A stretch of DNA of 64,000 nt from Glaucostegus cemiculus (Eukaryota). The translations under genes and the position numbers were made by a program. Where the stretch lies: contig CDPCPM010000052.1 in the NCBI GenBank assembly GCA_976551045.1, positions 4,154,001 through 4,218,000 of the forward strand. The letters run 5' to 3'. Of the stretch, positions 39,234 to 51,890 are shown piece by piece; positions within the stretch are counted from its first letter, which is position 1, and each line of letters begins with the position of its first letter. The notes beneath the pieces were generated by a model, which saw nothing but the letters and a program-made list of their open reading frames with translations, had not been told where the DNA came from and did no database searches.

Positions 39234-41324
39234 CTAGTGTAAAATTAAATATTCATTAGCTCGCACCATTCAGCAGCACTTTCACTTAAAATAATACATT
39301 GAAGCAGTGTTGAATCATCTTTAAGGAAATATTGAATTAGATAGCTTCAGTAGCAATTTTATTGGGCTTCAGAAGTCCTCTATAAAACTGTAGCATTGCA
39401 ATCTCTAGAAAAAAAAATGTTACATCTTTAAGCATAACTAACAGCATTAGCAATCATCAATATACTATAATATCTAATTTAGAAATCTGAAGCATTTTTT
39501 GTTTGGACCACAGACAGCTGCTACATAAACTGTCTTGACCATCACAAGTACCCATACTAAGTTAAAAACAGTACCCATACCCAACAGCCTGGAAATGAAG
39601 GGATATTTTGCAATCTGGGGGGTCATTTTTGTTTTACAAAAATAATTTGGTGAACGAGAAACAGGTCATTATTTATTAACCAGCAATGAGATAGGATAAA
39701 TCTAAACAACTCAAAAGTAGTTTAAAAAAAAAGAAACAAGATAAAAAGCTAGTAAAATGTCAGATTCTTTAAAACAGTACAATTTTCTTTATCATAAAAA
39801 TAATGAAATCAGAGGGCATGGATGATTTCAACAAATGAATGCTAAGATTCAGCTATTCCTGAATGACAGCTGTTCAGAACAACTTTAATATCATTGTTTC
39901 ACTTGCGCACTAAGATAAATGAACAGCAGAAAATTGCTGAAAACATACAGGGCAAAACCATGCCTTACACAAGTCAGTGCCCACAATGCAGGTATACAAA
40001 CTTCAACTTCTAGCACCAATCTCAGCCCTTGCATCAAAGCCCTTTGTCACTGAGCCAATGATAACATACTGTAATGTCATCCTTAAAAATATAATCAAGT
40101 TCAATGAAGTTGAAAACAAATATTCAAATATACCATATTGGAAAATATAAATATACCATCCGCTGAAAAGTAACGACTGTGAACAATTAATTTTCATGTG
40201 CATAAACAAAGCTGAATTATGAAATCAGCATCTTGAATATCAAGTTAAATATTCAGTAAGGAAGTACTGGTACTTAAATTATCAAAAATGAAAAATGTTG
40301 GGAAAAAGTTTGTCTAAATTAGTTTGCAATGAGAGCCAAACCACAGACGATGCTAGTTGGTTTAGTCTCCTGATTAAATTCATGGGTGCTTAAGACTATT
40401 TTATTGGATGCTGGATCTTAAAAGGGAAAATCTAAGCTGATGCAGAATTTTGTGTGCACCTTGAATCATAGAAGGCACAAACAACAGCTTTTAAAACAAT
40501 ATTTACTCTTGCAATGTTATTAAAAGATCTGCTTTCAGCATCTTGAGCAATATTTTCAGGTCACCAGAAACACTCCCAATTTAAAGCTTACTGAAGACAA
40601 ATACAGGTATATGATTAAATGAGAGGCACAACAAGATCTGAAACAATTAGAATTTATGCCTCATTATCATGGTAATCTTATCACTGGGATAATGAGGTAT
40701 TAATGGAGATTTAATGTGCATCTCATAATGCTATCCCTTAGAGAAACACATAAGGAAATTGCTGCAAATTCAGTTAATGATATAAGCATCCCAAAACACA
40801 TAATCTAAAAGCATGAAAAATGCTGGATGCAAATGAGAAAGAACCAAGGTCAATCACACTGCTGGGATTCAGCAAATGACAGTTGTATTTTAATATAATG
40901 CGTTTTTTAAAGAAGTTTCATGTTTGTCAACAGTAATAAAAAGTTTTCAGTGAAATGTGTTATTAGAAGCAGTGTTGATGATTTAGAATTTTGTGTGTAG
41001 CTTTCTTTCATTTTGAAGTACTATAGTGGTTCAGCTGCAGAACGTGTCAGTGTTTCAAATCCAGTATGCCACAAGTGGCAAGAAACGCCTACGATTCTCC
41101 CTATGGAGTGTTACTGGGCGACAGGTAAGCAGCATCTTTAGAGAAAAATAAATCTGTCAGCTGATGCATCCCTTCAGGCTACTTTTCAGGAATCTGATAG
41201 CGACTAGATCATATGGGGGGGGGGGGAAAACAATTAAATATAGGGTTGCATTATACTGAATTCATACTGAACTCAGTTCTCTTTCCACAAATTATATTAT
41301 GTTTGATTTAAACATAAGGGAAGG

Positions 41325-41580
41325 AAAAAAGCACGTTGCAATGAATTACTTTTAATTTGAATTCAAAGAAAATGCAACCTTGGCACAGCAAGGTCCCACA
41401 AACAGCAATGAAATGACCACCATTTGCTTGTTTTTAGTGACATTGGTCAGGACACAGAGGAGAGATATCCACAACTGTTATATAAATAATTCTGAAAGAT
41501 CCTGTAGATCCTATTAAGGGGAAATATAGGATTTGAACATATCATCTGAAAGATACCTCAGCTAGCATTCCCTCTACATT
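41325..41580 (-). mobile_element. Ancient Deu-domain SINE relic (SacSINE1/AmnSINE-like)
   Basis: cacagcaaggtcccacaaacagcaatgaaatgacc...ttggtcaggacacagaggaga...catctgaaagatacctc resembles the recalled DeuSINE core. Confidence 0.55.
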
Positions 41581-41584
41581 TTGT

Positions 41585-41970
41585 GTCTGTCAATGTTTCA
41601 GGTCAAGTCCCTGACTCAGGACTGAGGAGGAAATGAAAAGATTGCCAGTGTATAGCATGTAGGGAGGATTGGGACAGGGGCTGGTAGGTGGAACCTAATG
41701 AAAGGGGGATGTTGGGCAGATGGAACCAGGTGGGGAAGGGGAAGGGGAAGGGAAAGGTGAATAAAGAGAACAACAAACTAGGTGGATGGGCAAGTGTGTG
41801 TGGGAGAAGAACATCAGGCATGTGGGTTACCTGTACAATGAAAAATCAATGTTCATACCATTGCAAATTACCCAGGCAGAATATGAAATGTTGTTTGTGA
41901 TTGGCCTGTCTGTAGCAATGGAAGAGACCGAGAACAGACAGGTCAGTGTGGAAGGAGAGTTAAAATGTGT
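41585..41970 (-). mobile_element. Penelope-like element 3' fragment (left arm of an inverted pair)
   Basis: Minus-strand cagtcCTGAGTCAGGGACTTGACCTGAAACATTgac; relic QHFIFCLGNLQ..GMNIDFS resembling a PLE endonuclease C-terminus. Confidence 0.68.
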
Positions 41971-41974
41971 AGTT

Positions 41975-42440
41975 CCTCCTACACCCTCCCCAGCCAATCA
42001 CCTTGATTCTTTCCCCTACTCCACCCATTCCATCTGCCTATCACACAGTCCACTGGTTCCCCTCCCCCCTATTGTTCCCATCTGCCCACTCCACCTCCTT
42101 AATTTGATTCCTTGCTCCACCTTCCTCTATCACATCTCACCAACTGCAGCCCTTTGTCACCTCTACCTTTCTCCCAGTCTGTCACTGTTTCCACTATTCC
42201 CTCCACCTGTGTACCACTCCTCACCTGATTCTACCTATTGCTTGCTAATTCTTGCTCCGCTGCATTTCTTCACTTTTTTTGAAAACATACTAGCCATCTC
42301 CCCTCTATCTTTCAGTCCAGATGAAGGGTCTTGACCCGTAGCGTCGACTGTCCATTTCCCTCCACAGATGCTGCCCAATCTGCTGACTTCCTCCAGCATC
42401 TCGTTTGTTGCCCCAGATTCCAAGATCTGCAAGTCTCCAC
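41975..42440 (+). mobile_element. Penelope-like element 3' UTR/pLTR (right arm of an inverted pair)
   Basis: cagtcCAGATGAAGGGTCTTGACCCGTAGCGTCgactg followed by ccctccacagatgctgcc...ctccagca...ccagattcca. Confidence 0.75.
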
Positions 42441-42559
42441 TGGGAAATTGCATCCAGGTATCACATTAAATTAAGTAAGTAGTTGTAAGTAATAATCCTT
42501 TGGCTGTTTCAGGATACTTCAAGCTTAACAAAGACCATTAAAATAAAGAAAATACTGGA

Positions 42560-42790
42560 AACATATTCCCTTTGTTCCATAGATCCCTACCCCAGCCTCT
42601 CTTCAACTAAAAGCTAATTTGCTTCCCCCCCTCGCCTTTCTTTCCCGGTTCGAAGGAGGGGTCTTTGACCTGAAACATTAACTCCATTCTCTTTCCACAA
42701 ATACTGCCTGACCTGCTGACTGCTTCTAGCACTTTTTAAAAATTTATTACAGATCTCCAGCATCTTTTTGTTTTGATTTTCATTTACCAA
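42560..42790 (+). mobile_element. Penelope-like element 3' end (second subfamily)
   Basis: ggggtctttgacctgaaacattaactcc...ccacaaatactgcctgacctgctga...cagatctccagcatct. Confidence 0.62.
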
Positions 42791-43283
42791 AGCCCATATC
42801 TGTTTTGCCATGAGTAATTGTGCTGAAGTTATTCAACAAAATTACTTTATCAAATTCACAACCAGCAAAACATGACAATTCCCATATTTTCTAGTAAATC
42901 TGCAGAACAATTAGAAGTAAACTAAAATGAAAGTATCTTTGCAAGACCATTCTGTTGAACATAATTGCTTTCATTAGAGGCAACATTTTGGTGGGCAGCA
43001 CAAGTGTTTCTGCTAATCACTTGATATTTATCACACACTAGACTGGAAAATTTACCACACCTCTTTATTAAGAGGACAAGCATATTTAACACAATGAATG
43101 TTATGTTTTTCTACAGCAAATTGAAAACACAATTACCATACTAAAGCATTTAGTTTACAAGGATATGCAACACCATGCCTTAGCAATGTTTTAGAAGCAT
43201 TTATCATACATTAGAATCCTGAATCAAAATACTTGTATAAGTGCTGAAGTACTAATATATGCACCATCAACTTAATTATTTAC

Positions 43284-43457
43284 CTGCAATATCTTGTAGT
43301 CTATCTTCATCAATGTTTGGATCAAAATCACTTCCCAGGACATCTGTGCTCCAAGTCTCACTCACAGTTTCCGAAATGTCCCTGTCATCTGTCAGCCCCA
43401 TCATGTCTCTAATTTCAAATTTACGGAGTTTGTCATCCAGATTGTCTTGGGTGGTAG
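43284..43457 (-). CDS. GAPVD1: GAPVD1 exon (174 nt, 1/1): ATTQDNLDDKLRKFEIRDMMGLTDDRDISETVSETWSTDVLGSDFDPNIDEDRLQDIA
   Basis: ttttag|CT, GCAG|gtaaat; near-identical to the recalled mammalian peptide. Confidence 0.97.
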
Positions 43458-44659
43458 CTAAAATAGAATAAAGAAATATTATTAATTTTTGCTGGAGGTT
43501 TTAGTTAATAGATTTAAAATAGGCTCTGCTCTGAACAAAAAAAAGTTATGGAGTTAAAACTGTTGTTTACTGTCTAGTAAACCTGCAATTGGATATTCTC
43601 AAAGCACTTTGCCAAGTTTAGAAACAGAACTTTGGCTCAGAGGTACATTTGAGGACAATAAGATGGAATCATGTTGTAACAAATATGGAATTTCTTACAA
43701 TCTGAGATATGGCATTTCATTATCACATAGCCATTTGTAAGTGTCCTTTTCACAAAACTATATTCTATGCAACTCAAAAATGTTTTCTAGACTACAATCT
43801 CCAACATCCTAGTTTAGGAAAGCCAATTTCACTCCCCCAACCCAATTTGTTACTGAGGCAATGTTCCTGAAAATGAGCAAAGTGCACCCTACCGTGTGAG
43901 TGTCACTTAACTGCAGAAATAAGTTTCCTTTAAAAAAAGGAAAATTAGATCTAAGTAACAATGGACCATTCATAATTGGCCAATGTCATTTGAATATTAC
44001 AAGTTCACATACTTGTTTTGCTCCTGCATTTTGTTTTCTGAAATTCAAATGTAAACAAGAAATTTTCATGATCATTTATTTGTGGATAGTAAAACAGTTC
44101 TGTTGGTAATGAACCCTTTCTGGTTTACTTGAGTCAGAGAGCAGTACTCATTATTTCTGGGGTACTGGTAGTTACAAATTCTGCAGCAGCAAATCATCCA
44201 CAGTTTTGGAACAGACAATGATAACACAGTTACAACTGCAGTAAATGTGAAGGGTTCTACAAGTTCAAAGAATAGCACTTTTTAAAAAAAGTTGAGAGTC
44301 AACTTATCGAAGAACTGTTGGGTACAGGGCTGTGTTCAGACAGAATCTGTCTCTCACTAACTGAACTTAACAGGAAAGAAATGAGGGACCATGCCCTAAG
44401 GCAAGTTCATCAGAATTCTGAAGCCAAATACATGGCTAGCTCACGCACCATAATTATTAAGACTGCTTCAAATTTATTTCTCACCTCTACACTCTAGACT
44501 AGAGTAAAATAGATTAAATGTTCTTTGCTGAAAAGGGTGAAGACAATGATGAAAGCTTGTAAGGATCAACGATGTAGCTTTGCAGCCCACAGGCATTGAA
44601 CTTTTTTTCTTATACTGGCACTATTTTATCATTTGTTCACAGAATGCAAACTTTGGTGG

Positions 44660-44985
44660 CAACCCAATATTTATTATTCACTCCTTACTACCACTGAATT
44701 GCAGGACGTAGTTAAGTATCAGCCACATCAATGGGTCTGAATTCACATACAGGCCAGCCTGGAAAGGGTGTCCTATTTCTTTCTAAGTGACATTAGCAAA
44801 CCACATGGGTATTTACAACAAACCAGTAGCTTCATGGTTACTGCTTCTGAAATAAGTTATAATTCCAGATTAATTGAAATGACTGAATTTAAATTATTCA
44901 GCTGCCATGGTAGAATTCAAACTAGTGCCACTGGATCATTGGTGTGTCTCTCTCAATTTTGTAACCTGACCACTACGACACAATG
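44660..44985 (-). mobile_element. Ancient tRNA-derived SINE relic
   Basis: gactgaatttaaattattcagctgccatggtagaattcaaac...gtaacctgaccactac; related fragments at about 21270-21450 (-) and 34520-34630 (+). Confidence 0.55.
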
Positions 44986-46181
44986 TAACAGGTTCATGTT
45001 GATACATGAACCTGTTACATCGAGTATCTCACTAAGAAGTCACACTTGTGAATGTCAATGCAACCTTCAACTTTACTCCAATGAAAACAGAATGTGGGCA
45101 TTCGTTGCTTCTAATTAACAGAAATCAAGTAATCACCACAGCAGCAGATGGCCAACAGTGCTAGCAAGCATTTGAGTTTGCCTTTTAAACTCTTTGATTC
45201 ACAAATCATGTGTCATGAAAGACAAGTCTGTAGCCTTAAGAACTGGTTCAGCAAGAAGCCATAAGCAAATACAAAATTAGACCCAGAAGTCAAGCATTTC
45301 CCTTCCTGCACCACAATTAGCAATGGCTTTACAGCATATACCTTCAACACATACTGAGAAATCGACAGCATCTTTAACTCCATCTTGCATACCTAAACCA
45401 GACTTGGTGAACAGGTATTGGTAAAGCATTCATATCTAACTGTTGGCAACCAGGTCTGCAATACCATCACTAGGCATCATCGGCACAATACATGCCACAA
45501 AGGACATCAGGGAGGAAAACACTCACACTACCCAGAGTACAAAATTCTTAGTATATATTGAGGAAACAGCCCAAGTGACAGAACATGTCAGGCAATTTTG
45601 GAATTGCATCAGTTCCAACCTCCTCAGTAACCACCTACTTCCTGACCAAAAAAAATCAATTATCTTAACTAATAAATCTCAAAACAACTCCATCACGTTT
45701 CATTCTCCATTAGCTGAATACAATTCCACCACTAAAACAATAAATCTACTTCTAAACAGAGTGCTGATCAGCTAAATAGGAGTGAAAAGAAACCCTAACC
45801 TACCTGAAGAAATAACAAAGGAATCCAGTCTCTCAAAAGAAATCTGGAATATCCTGAAAAAAACCATCAATCCCAATTAAAAGAGAGATGGAAAGTGCTG
45901 CACAAACCAGAAATCTGTACGTCACATGTTAGTCTAAATTGTATCATGATCTAATTATGGGCATGAATTAATTTAAGATGCAGGAAGGAACGGAGAAAAG
46001 CATTAATTATCATTGATCAGCAGGGTTCCTTCCAAAAGTTCTTACTAGAGCAACACACAAGTTAACTAGAATCTAGATGTAGTGAATGCATTCAGTGGCT
46101 TGCTTGGAAACAGTCCTTAAAAAGAAAATCTTCCATTGGTTGAACTTTCAAGCAACATGACTGGCTTTCTATTTTGCTGAC

Positions 46182-46307
46182 CTTGTTCATGTTCTAACAG
46201 CTGCAAAGCTTCAACACCATTACTTCCAGAGGGTCCTGCTCCAAGTTCAGAGACTGATTCTGCTTCCAGGTCCAGTGAGGACACAGAGTTTGAACGGTTT
46301 GAAGGCC
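46182..46307 (-). CDS. GAPVD1: GAPVD1 exon (126 nt, 1/1): GPSNRSNSVSSLDLEAESVSELGAGPSGSNGVEALQLLEHEQ
   Basis: aatag|GG, CAAG|gtcagc; near-identical to the recalled mammalian peptide. Confidence 0.96.
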
Positions 46308-47234
46308 CTATTAGAAATACAAATTACTATGTGAATTACATAAACAGGCAAACAAAACTTAAAAAAAAAGACAGGAACATCCTGAATGGATTTCATATCC
46401 TGCTACCCCGTAACACACATTTTGCTGAAGTCACCTTCAATGTTGATTTCTTTTTAAACTTCCTTTCTTGTCAACATTCACTAACTGGGTTAATCCAGCT
46501 GATAAATTACAGAACTAATAGACTTACTGAATTGATTACAGTAGTACTGGTAACAGTAGCCACTTTTTTCTGGTGGAGCAATATACAAGTTATTATAAAT
46601 AACAGATGACTTTGATTGATTAGCATCCAAAATGTTGGCATTCATCTCCAAGGGTCAGATTAAATACTGTTTAACCCAGTTCATTTTTTTAAAATCAGAA
46701 TGATTGTAACAACATAGAGATGACATATATATTAAATTTTGTTTTAAATACCAAAAAATGTATCAGTAAGTGCTCTAATAATCCACAATTCTACATGTTT
46801 TCCCCCCAAATCCCCTTAACACAAGAACAAAAACCCCTCAGCACTTCAGAGTAGTTCATACAAAACATACACCAAGCCAGGAAGGGACAGGCTGAGAGAG
46901 GCGACCAACAGCTTAGCAAATGAATGGGTTATTTCCCAAGGAGATTTTGTGAAGAATTAGTAGCTTGGAAAGGAGAAACATTTTACAAAAGTAATAAGAG
47001 AACCTCAGAATCTGATGTGTCATAAAAGGAGCAAAACATGAAGATGGACAAAAAAAGGAAAGAAGAATTTATTGGAAGGCAAGAACCTAGATTGGAGGAG
47101 GCTTCTGTGATGAGCTGAAGTGAGACCACACATGATTTAAAGACAAAAGCCGAGATTTTAAGTGCAAAGCACCAGGGCACTGGGAATGAAATCAAGTCAT
47201 GAAACTTAATGCTTGCCCACAGGAAAAGCTTCAC

Positions 47235-47364
47235 CTTCTGATATTCCCTCCATATTATCACTGCATAGAGAAAAGCGCAGGGTTTTATCTGGTTTGCCAT
47301 GGAGTTTTCCATCCTCTACAGGTACTTCACCCTGCCCACTCTCGGCGAGCTGCATGCTCAACAC
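47235..47364 (-). CDS. GAPVD1: GAPVD1 exon (130 nt, 0/1): VLSMQLAESGQGEVPVEDGKLHGKPDKTLRFSLCSDNMEGISE
   Basis: gattag|GTG, GAAG|gtgaag; conserved KPDKTLRFSLCSDN. Confidence 0.94.
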
Positions 47365-48194
47365 CTAATCAAAATAGAGAAAGTAGTCAAAATACATTTA
47401 AACAGTCTACAACTTGGAAGGGTTAATCTATATTGGTAAAAGTCTATGCTAAACCAAATAGTGTTTAATTATCAAACAATTCAAATATTTCAGCATAAAA
47501 TCTACATTTCCTATGTTGTTTAAATTACCATAATTATATTTAAGTATGGTCCATAATTTCAAATTCTCATTATATTTCTGTTTATGAATTTAATAATAAT
47601 TGTACTAAGCACATAGTTGATCAAACGTAAATCCATTTATTTTGCTGCAGTATACAATGAAGTTTCTGGATTGGGATTACACTGCTGGTTCAACACTGCT
47701 CCTTAACCAGATGAAACACATGTGCAAGTGCATGGAGTTCTGCTCTTTGGCACTTTTAATCCCCAAGACTGAAACCAAATTCCAGTAGTGATCAATAGAT
47801 TGAAAACCTCTGTTCAAGCCCTCCATGAATTCAGCTGCATTATTCACCACCCAGTTCATAATACAGGTTGTTGCCGCAAAATTATGCAAACCACTGCACC
47901 GATCCATCATTCCAACTCATGCCATAATTAGTTGATACAAGTTTAATAGCTTATTAATAGGTGCACAGGGGTTAAGGTTGTAACACATTGCTGAAGCAAC
48001 ACAATAAATTTAATTCTGTACCTTGATGACAAGCCCTGAGCAGCAAGATGGAAAATTTTGCCCTTCCCAATAAAGAACTGCCTAAACTTCAAGTACCAAA
48101 AGGCTGCCTTCAGTATCACATGGGTAAGATTTTAACACTCATTAAAATTGGTCAAACATCCAAGGGCCACATAGTATTTAACTCGGAGACATAA

Positions 48195-48322
48195 GAGAAT
48201 GCAGACACTGCAATCTAGAACAAAAAGAGTATGAGCTGCTGGAATAACTCAGTGGGTCAAGCAGTATCTGAGAAGAGAAATGGACCTTCAACGTCTTGGG
48301 TCAGACCCTTTATCTGGGCAGA
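48195..48322 (-). mobile_element. Penelope-like element 3' terminus
   Basis: tgcagacactgcaatctaga...gctgctggaataactcagtgggtcaagcagtatctg; minus-strand CAGATAAAGGGTCTGACCCAAGACGTT. Confidence 0.65.
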
Positions 48323-48324
48323 GA

Positions 48325-49230
48325 AACAGCAGAACTAGGAGTAGGTGGAGGCCAATCAACCCCCACATTGCCCCAGCCTGCTTCGACATACAACTTTGTG
48401 GCTGATCTTCAAACTTAAAACACCATTTTCCTGACTTATCCCCATATCCCTCAATTCCTTTTATACCCAGAAATCAATCAATCTCTGTTTCGAATCTAAT
48501 CAATGACAGAGCCTCTTCAACTCTCTGGTGTAAAGAATTCCAAAGATTCACCATTCCCAGAGCAAAGACCTTTTCCTCCTTTCAATCCTAAATGGATTCC
48601 CCATATTGAGTTTCTAACTCCTAGTGCTCAAGTCCACAGCCAGGGGAAACATCAAGCCCTCTTAAATCTTGTACTTTTCAATGAAGAATATAAAGGTCGT
48701 AGTCTGAAATAATGAGCCTTTGGTCAATCTGTAGTGCGTTCTCTCTTCAGCAAATACAGCCCTTTTCTTGGTATGCAGACAAAAATTCTGCACTATACTC
48801 CCAGTGTGGTCTTACCAAGGCCCTTTATAATTTTAGTAAGAGATCCTTATAACCAAATTGTCTTGCAATTAAAAAAACAAATATACTATTTGCCTCCCAA
48901 GTACCTGCTGCACCTGCATGTTGGCTTTCAGTAACTTGTGTACAAGGAAAATCAGATCTCATTGAACTTCAAAATTTCCCAATCTTTCACCATTTAAAAT
49001 ACTCAGCATTTCTATTTTTTCCTACCGTAGTGGATCACCACATACCTTTTCCGCATTGTACTCCATCTGCAACGTTGCCCACTCGTTCAGCTTGTCTACA
49101 TTGAAGCTTCATTGCATCTCCATTACAACTCATATTCTCACTTGGTTTCATGTCATCAGTAAACTTAAAGATATTACACTGGGTCTACTTGGGCAAATCA
49201 TTGATATAGACTGTGAATACGTATCTCTCA
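48325..49230 (-). mobile_element. CR1 LINE 3' fragment
   Basis: ggagtaggtggaggccaatc tail; tggtgtaaagaattccaaagattcacca; actgcactatactcccagtgtggtcttacc-like VRPHxEYxVQFW relic; gtcatcagtaaacttaa (KFTDD). Confidence 0.8.
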
Positions 49231-49599
49231 TTGGATAGGAAATGCAACATGGTGGTCCACAGATGTGAAAGACTCAAGTTTAATCCTTGTGTCCATAATA
49301 AATTTGTGAACATGACTGGATTGCCAGCTGAAAACTAAATGCTAAATCTTTGAATATTTTATGTAGCACACAAATATTTTACCTGTTTGATGCAGTTACC
49401 CTTATACTATTGGCCATTTTATCCTTACGATTAGAAATTAAACAGTAGCACTGCTACTAAAACAATTTAAACAACTAAAATAGATACACTAGATTTTTTC
49501 AGTCCAATTCCTTTTTAAAAACACTCCAACAATTCTCTAATTCCTTCTTCACCACAATCCAAATTCAGTTGCAGTTGGTAAAAAGGCAGGTTGATAAAA

Positions 49600-49618
49600 T
49601 GGCCACAAGGTGGTGCAA
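49600..49618 (+). promoter_or_regulatory. Candidate CTCF binding site
   Basis: TGGCCACAAGGTGGTGCAA closely matches the CTCF core consensus TGGCCACCAGGGGGCGCTA; motif only. Confidence 0.4.
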
Positions 49619-51269
49619 ATCTCTTGCTTCAGCTCACATGTTAATTTTTTTCTGCATTAATCAATGTGCATTTGTCACTAGTTTTTGTTCATTGGATGAA
49701 CCAAGAAGCATGCTTTGGTTCTATAGTGAAAGACCAAACTGCTGAATTCTAAACTACAATGACAGCATTTGTAGGGCATGAGAACACAGTACTACAGTTC
49801 TGGGTAAAAGATATTATACAAGTAATTGTATTAAAGAAAGTCGCTGTAGTAGCACTCATAGGAAATACACAAACAATTAGTTTTCATGTGCTTTTGGAAA
49901 TTAATTTGCATCATATGACTTATTAAAATTAATGATCAAGAAATATCAGCAAAAATTCAAATTGTTCTAACAAATTGTTTTTCAATGATGCAACAAGATA
50001 CCAAACAACCCTCCCACCCCCAAATGAACAAAAAAGTTTTTGTGCCACTTGCAAAAAGAGCAGAGTATTACAGATCTGTAGTTTATGGATTAAGTGAAAT
50101 AGTTTTGCTTCTTGTTTTTTTTTAAATGTGTTCTGTAAAAACAAAGTGGTGGGAGGTAGAGTGGGGACGGCCTCCAAAAAGTGACTTCTTACAATTAAAT
50201 CTTGTCAAACAAAATAATTCTGGCTGCATGACTAATTTCATGTAAAGTTTTGGGACACACACAATTTCTTTTAAAGATCAGCAAACTTTGGTAGTGGTTA
50301 TATTAACAGCATCATTTGTACTGAGTGTAGAAATCTCAGTCACCTACTCCGAATTATCTGCATTCACCGACAAATTAGATAAGGAACCAGCACCCAACCA
50401 ATCAATTACTCCTCACTGGGTGAACTGCTTAAACACAAACAATTCTGGGACTCCTTTGCAATTTCATCTACCAGAGCTTAGCAATGATGGTGATAACTCA
50501 TCATAAAGGGAAAAAAGTAGCACTGAAGGTCAATGATTATATTTTTCATGAAACTTCAAATGTGATACCATAGGTACTATGTAGAACACTGGTCTATTAC
50601 AGTCATGTATGAATGGCTCTCTCAGTAGCTTCACATTACGTCCTAAATAATAGTAACTACAGTCTCAAAGCTCAGATAATGCATCTTCATCTTTTCAAGT
50701 CTCAGAAGGTAATTAATAACTTATTCCTATGTGTAATTGCTTAATAAGATGGAGTGCATCACAATGTCAATTGAACTAAATGAATTAGCAATTCTAATCC
50801 CAAAATACATCTGATTTTCGTAGAAATTTTGCTAGTAATAAAGATTGCATTCATTTGTTATGCCAAGAGTCTGATGCCAAACCTCCTCAGAATTTCTAAT
50901 TCAAAATTTCTTTAAATCTCAGAAGCCTTTGAAGTATTTCACAGAACATTCCATTCGAATCCATCTTCCTGAGGCTAATCCATATGGTAAACACGTGGAT
51001 AATGTTTCCCTCTTATAAAGAGAAGATAATTTGAAAGTGCTATCCAATCTGGTTGAAATTTACCACTGAAGATTGCTTCAATCATCTTACAATTTTTAGT
51101 GGTAATATTTTGGCAAAGAGAATTTATGTGAATGGACAAATCAATTAACATGGATGGTATGAAATTGAAAAACAAGTATAATTTTGCAAAGATTAATTAT
51201 AAGCCAAGGTTTGGGAAATTTTTAAGAAGTCAGCAAAGGATGGTTAAAAAAGTTTTTAAGAAGGGAAAT

Positions 51270-51890
51270 AGAGCACAAGAATAAACCAGCAAATAAGGTA
51301 AAAACAGACAGTCAGAGCTTCTGCATGTATATAAAAGTAAACTAAAGTAGCAAAAGTAAAAGTTAGTCCCCTGGAGGAACAAACTGGGGAATAAAAGGAA
51401 ATAGATAAGTGTCAGAGAGCCTCACTAATTACTTTAGATCAGTCCTCAACATTAAAGACACCAAATACATCTGGAGCAATAGGGAGGGAGGCTTTTAAAA
51501 ACAAATCTCTACCACTTGCAGATCAAGTATTGAGCAAACTAATGAGGCGAAAGGCTGACAAGTCTGACAGGTGATAGCATGCATCACAGGGGCTTAAAGG
51601 AAGTGGCTGTAATTATTTACCAAAATTCCCTCAATTCTTGAGGTTTCAGAGGATTGGAAAGTGTGGCAAACATTCAAGAAAGGAGGGATTCAAAACAGGT
51701 AATCATAGGCCAGTTGGCCTAATATAGGTCTTTGGGAAAATGCTGGAATCCATCATTAAGGAGATAACAGTGGAACATTTAAAAAATAACATCAAGCATG
51801 GTTTTACAAGAGGGAAATTTTTTTTAAATTGAGGAGCAAGCTCAAGTGGTCAGCTGGCCTTCTCCTGGTCCTGTTCTTTTTGTTCTAATA
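51270..51890 (+). mobile_element. Decayed CR1 LINE fragment (pre-RT region plus short tail)
   Basis: aaggctgacaagtc, ttcaagaaaggaggg...aatcataggccagttggcctaa (NYRPVSL-like), aagcatggttttac. Confidence 0.7.

Noticed and set aside
41786-42334. 182-aa plus-strand ORF, the longest in the track
   Set aside because: It spans the junction of two inverted Penelope-like arms and is low-complexity (Pro/Leu/Ser from pyrimidine-rich UTR sequence); not a gene.
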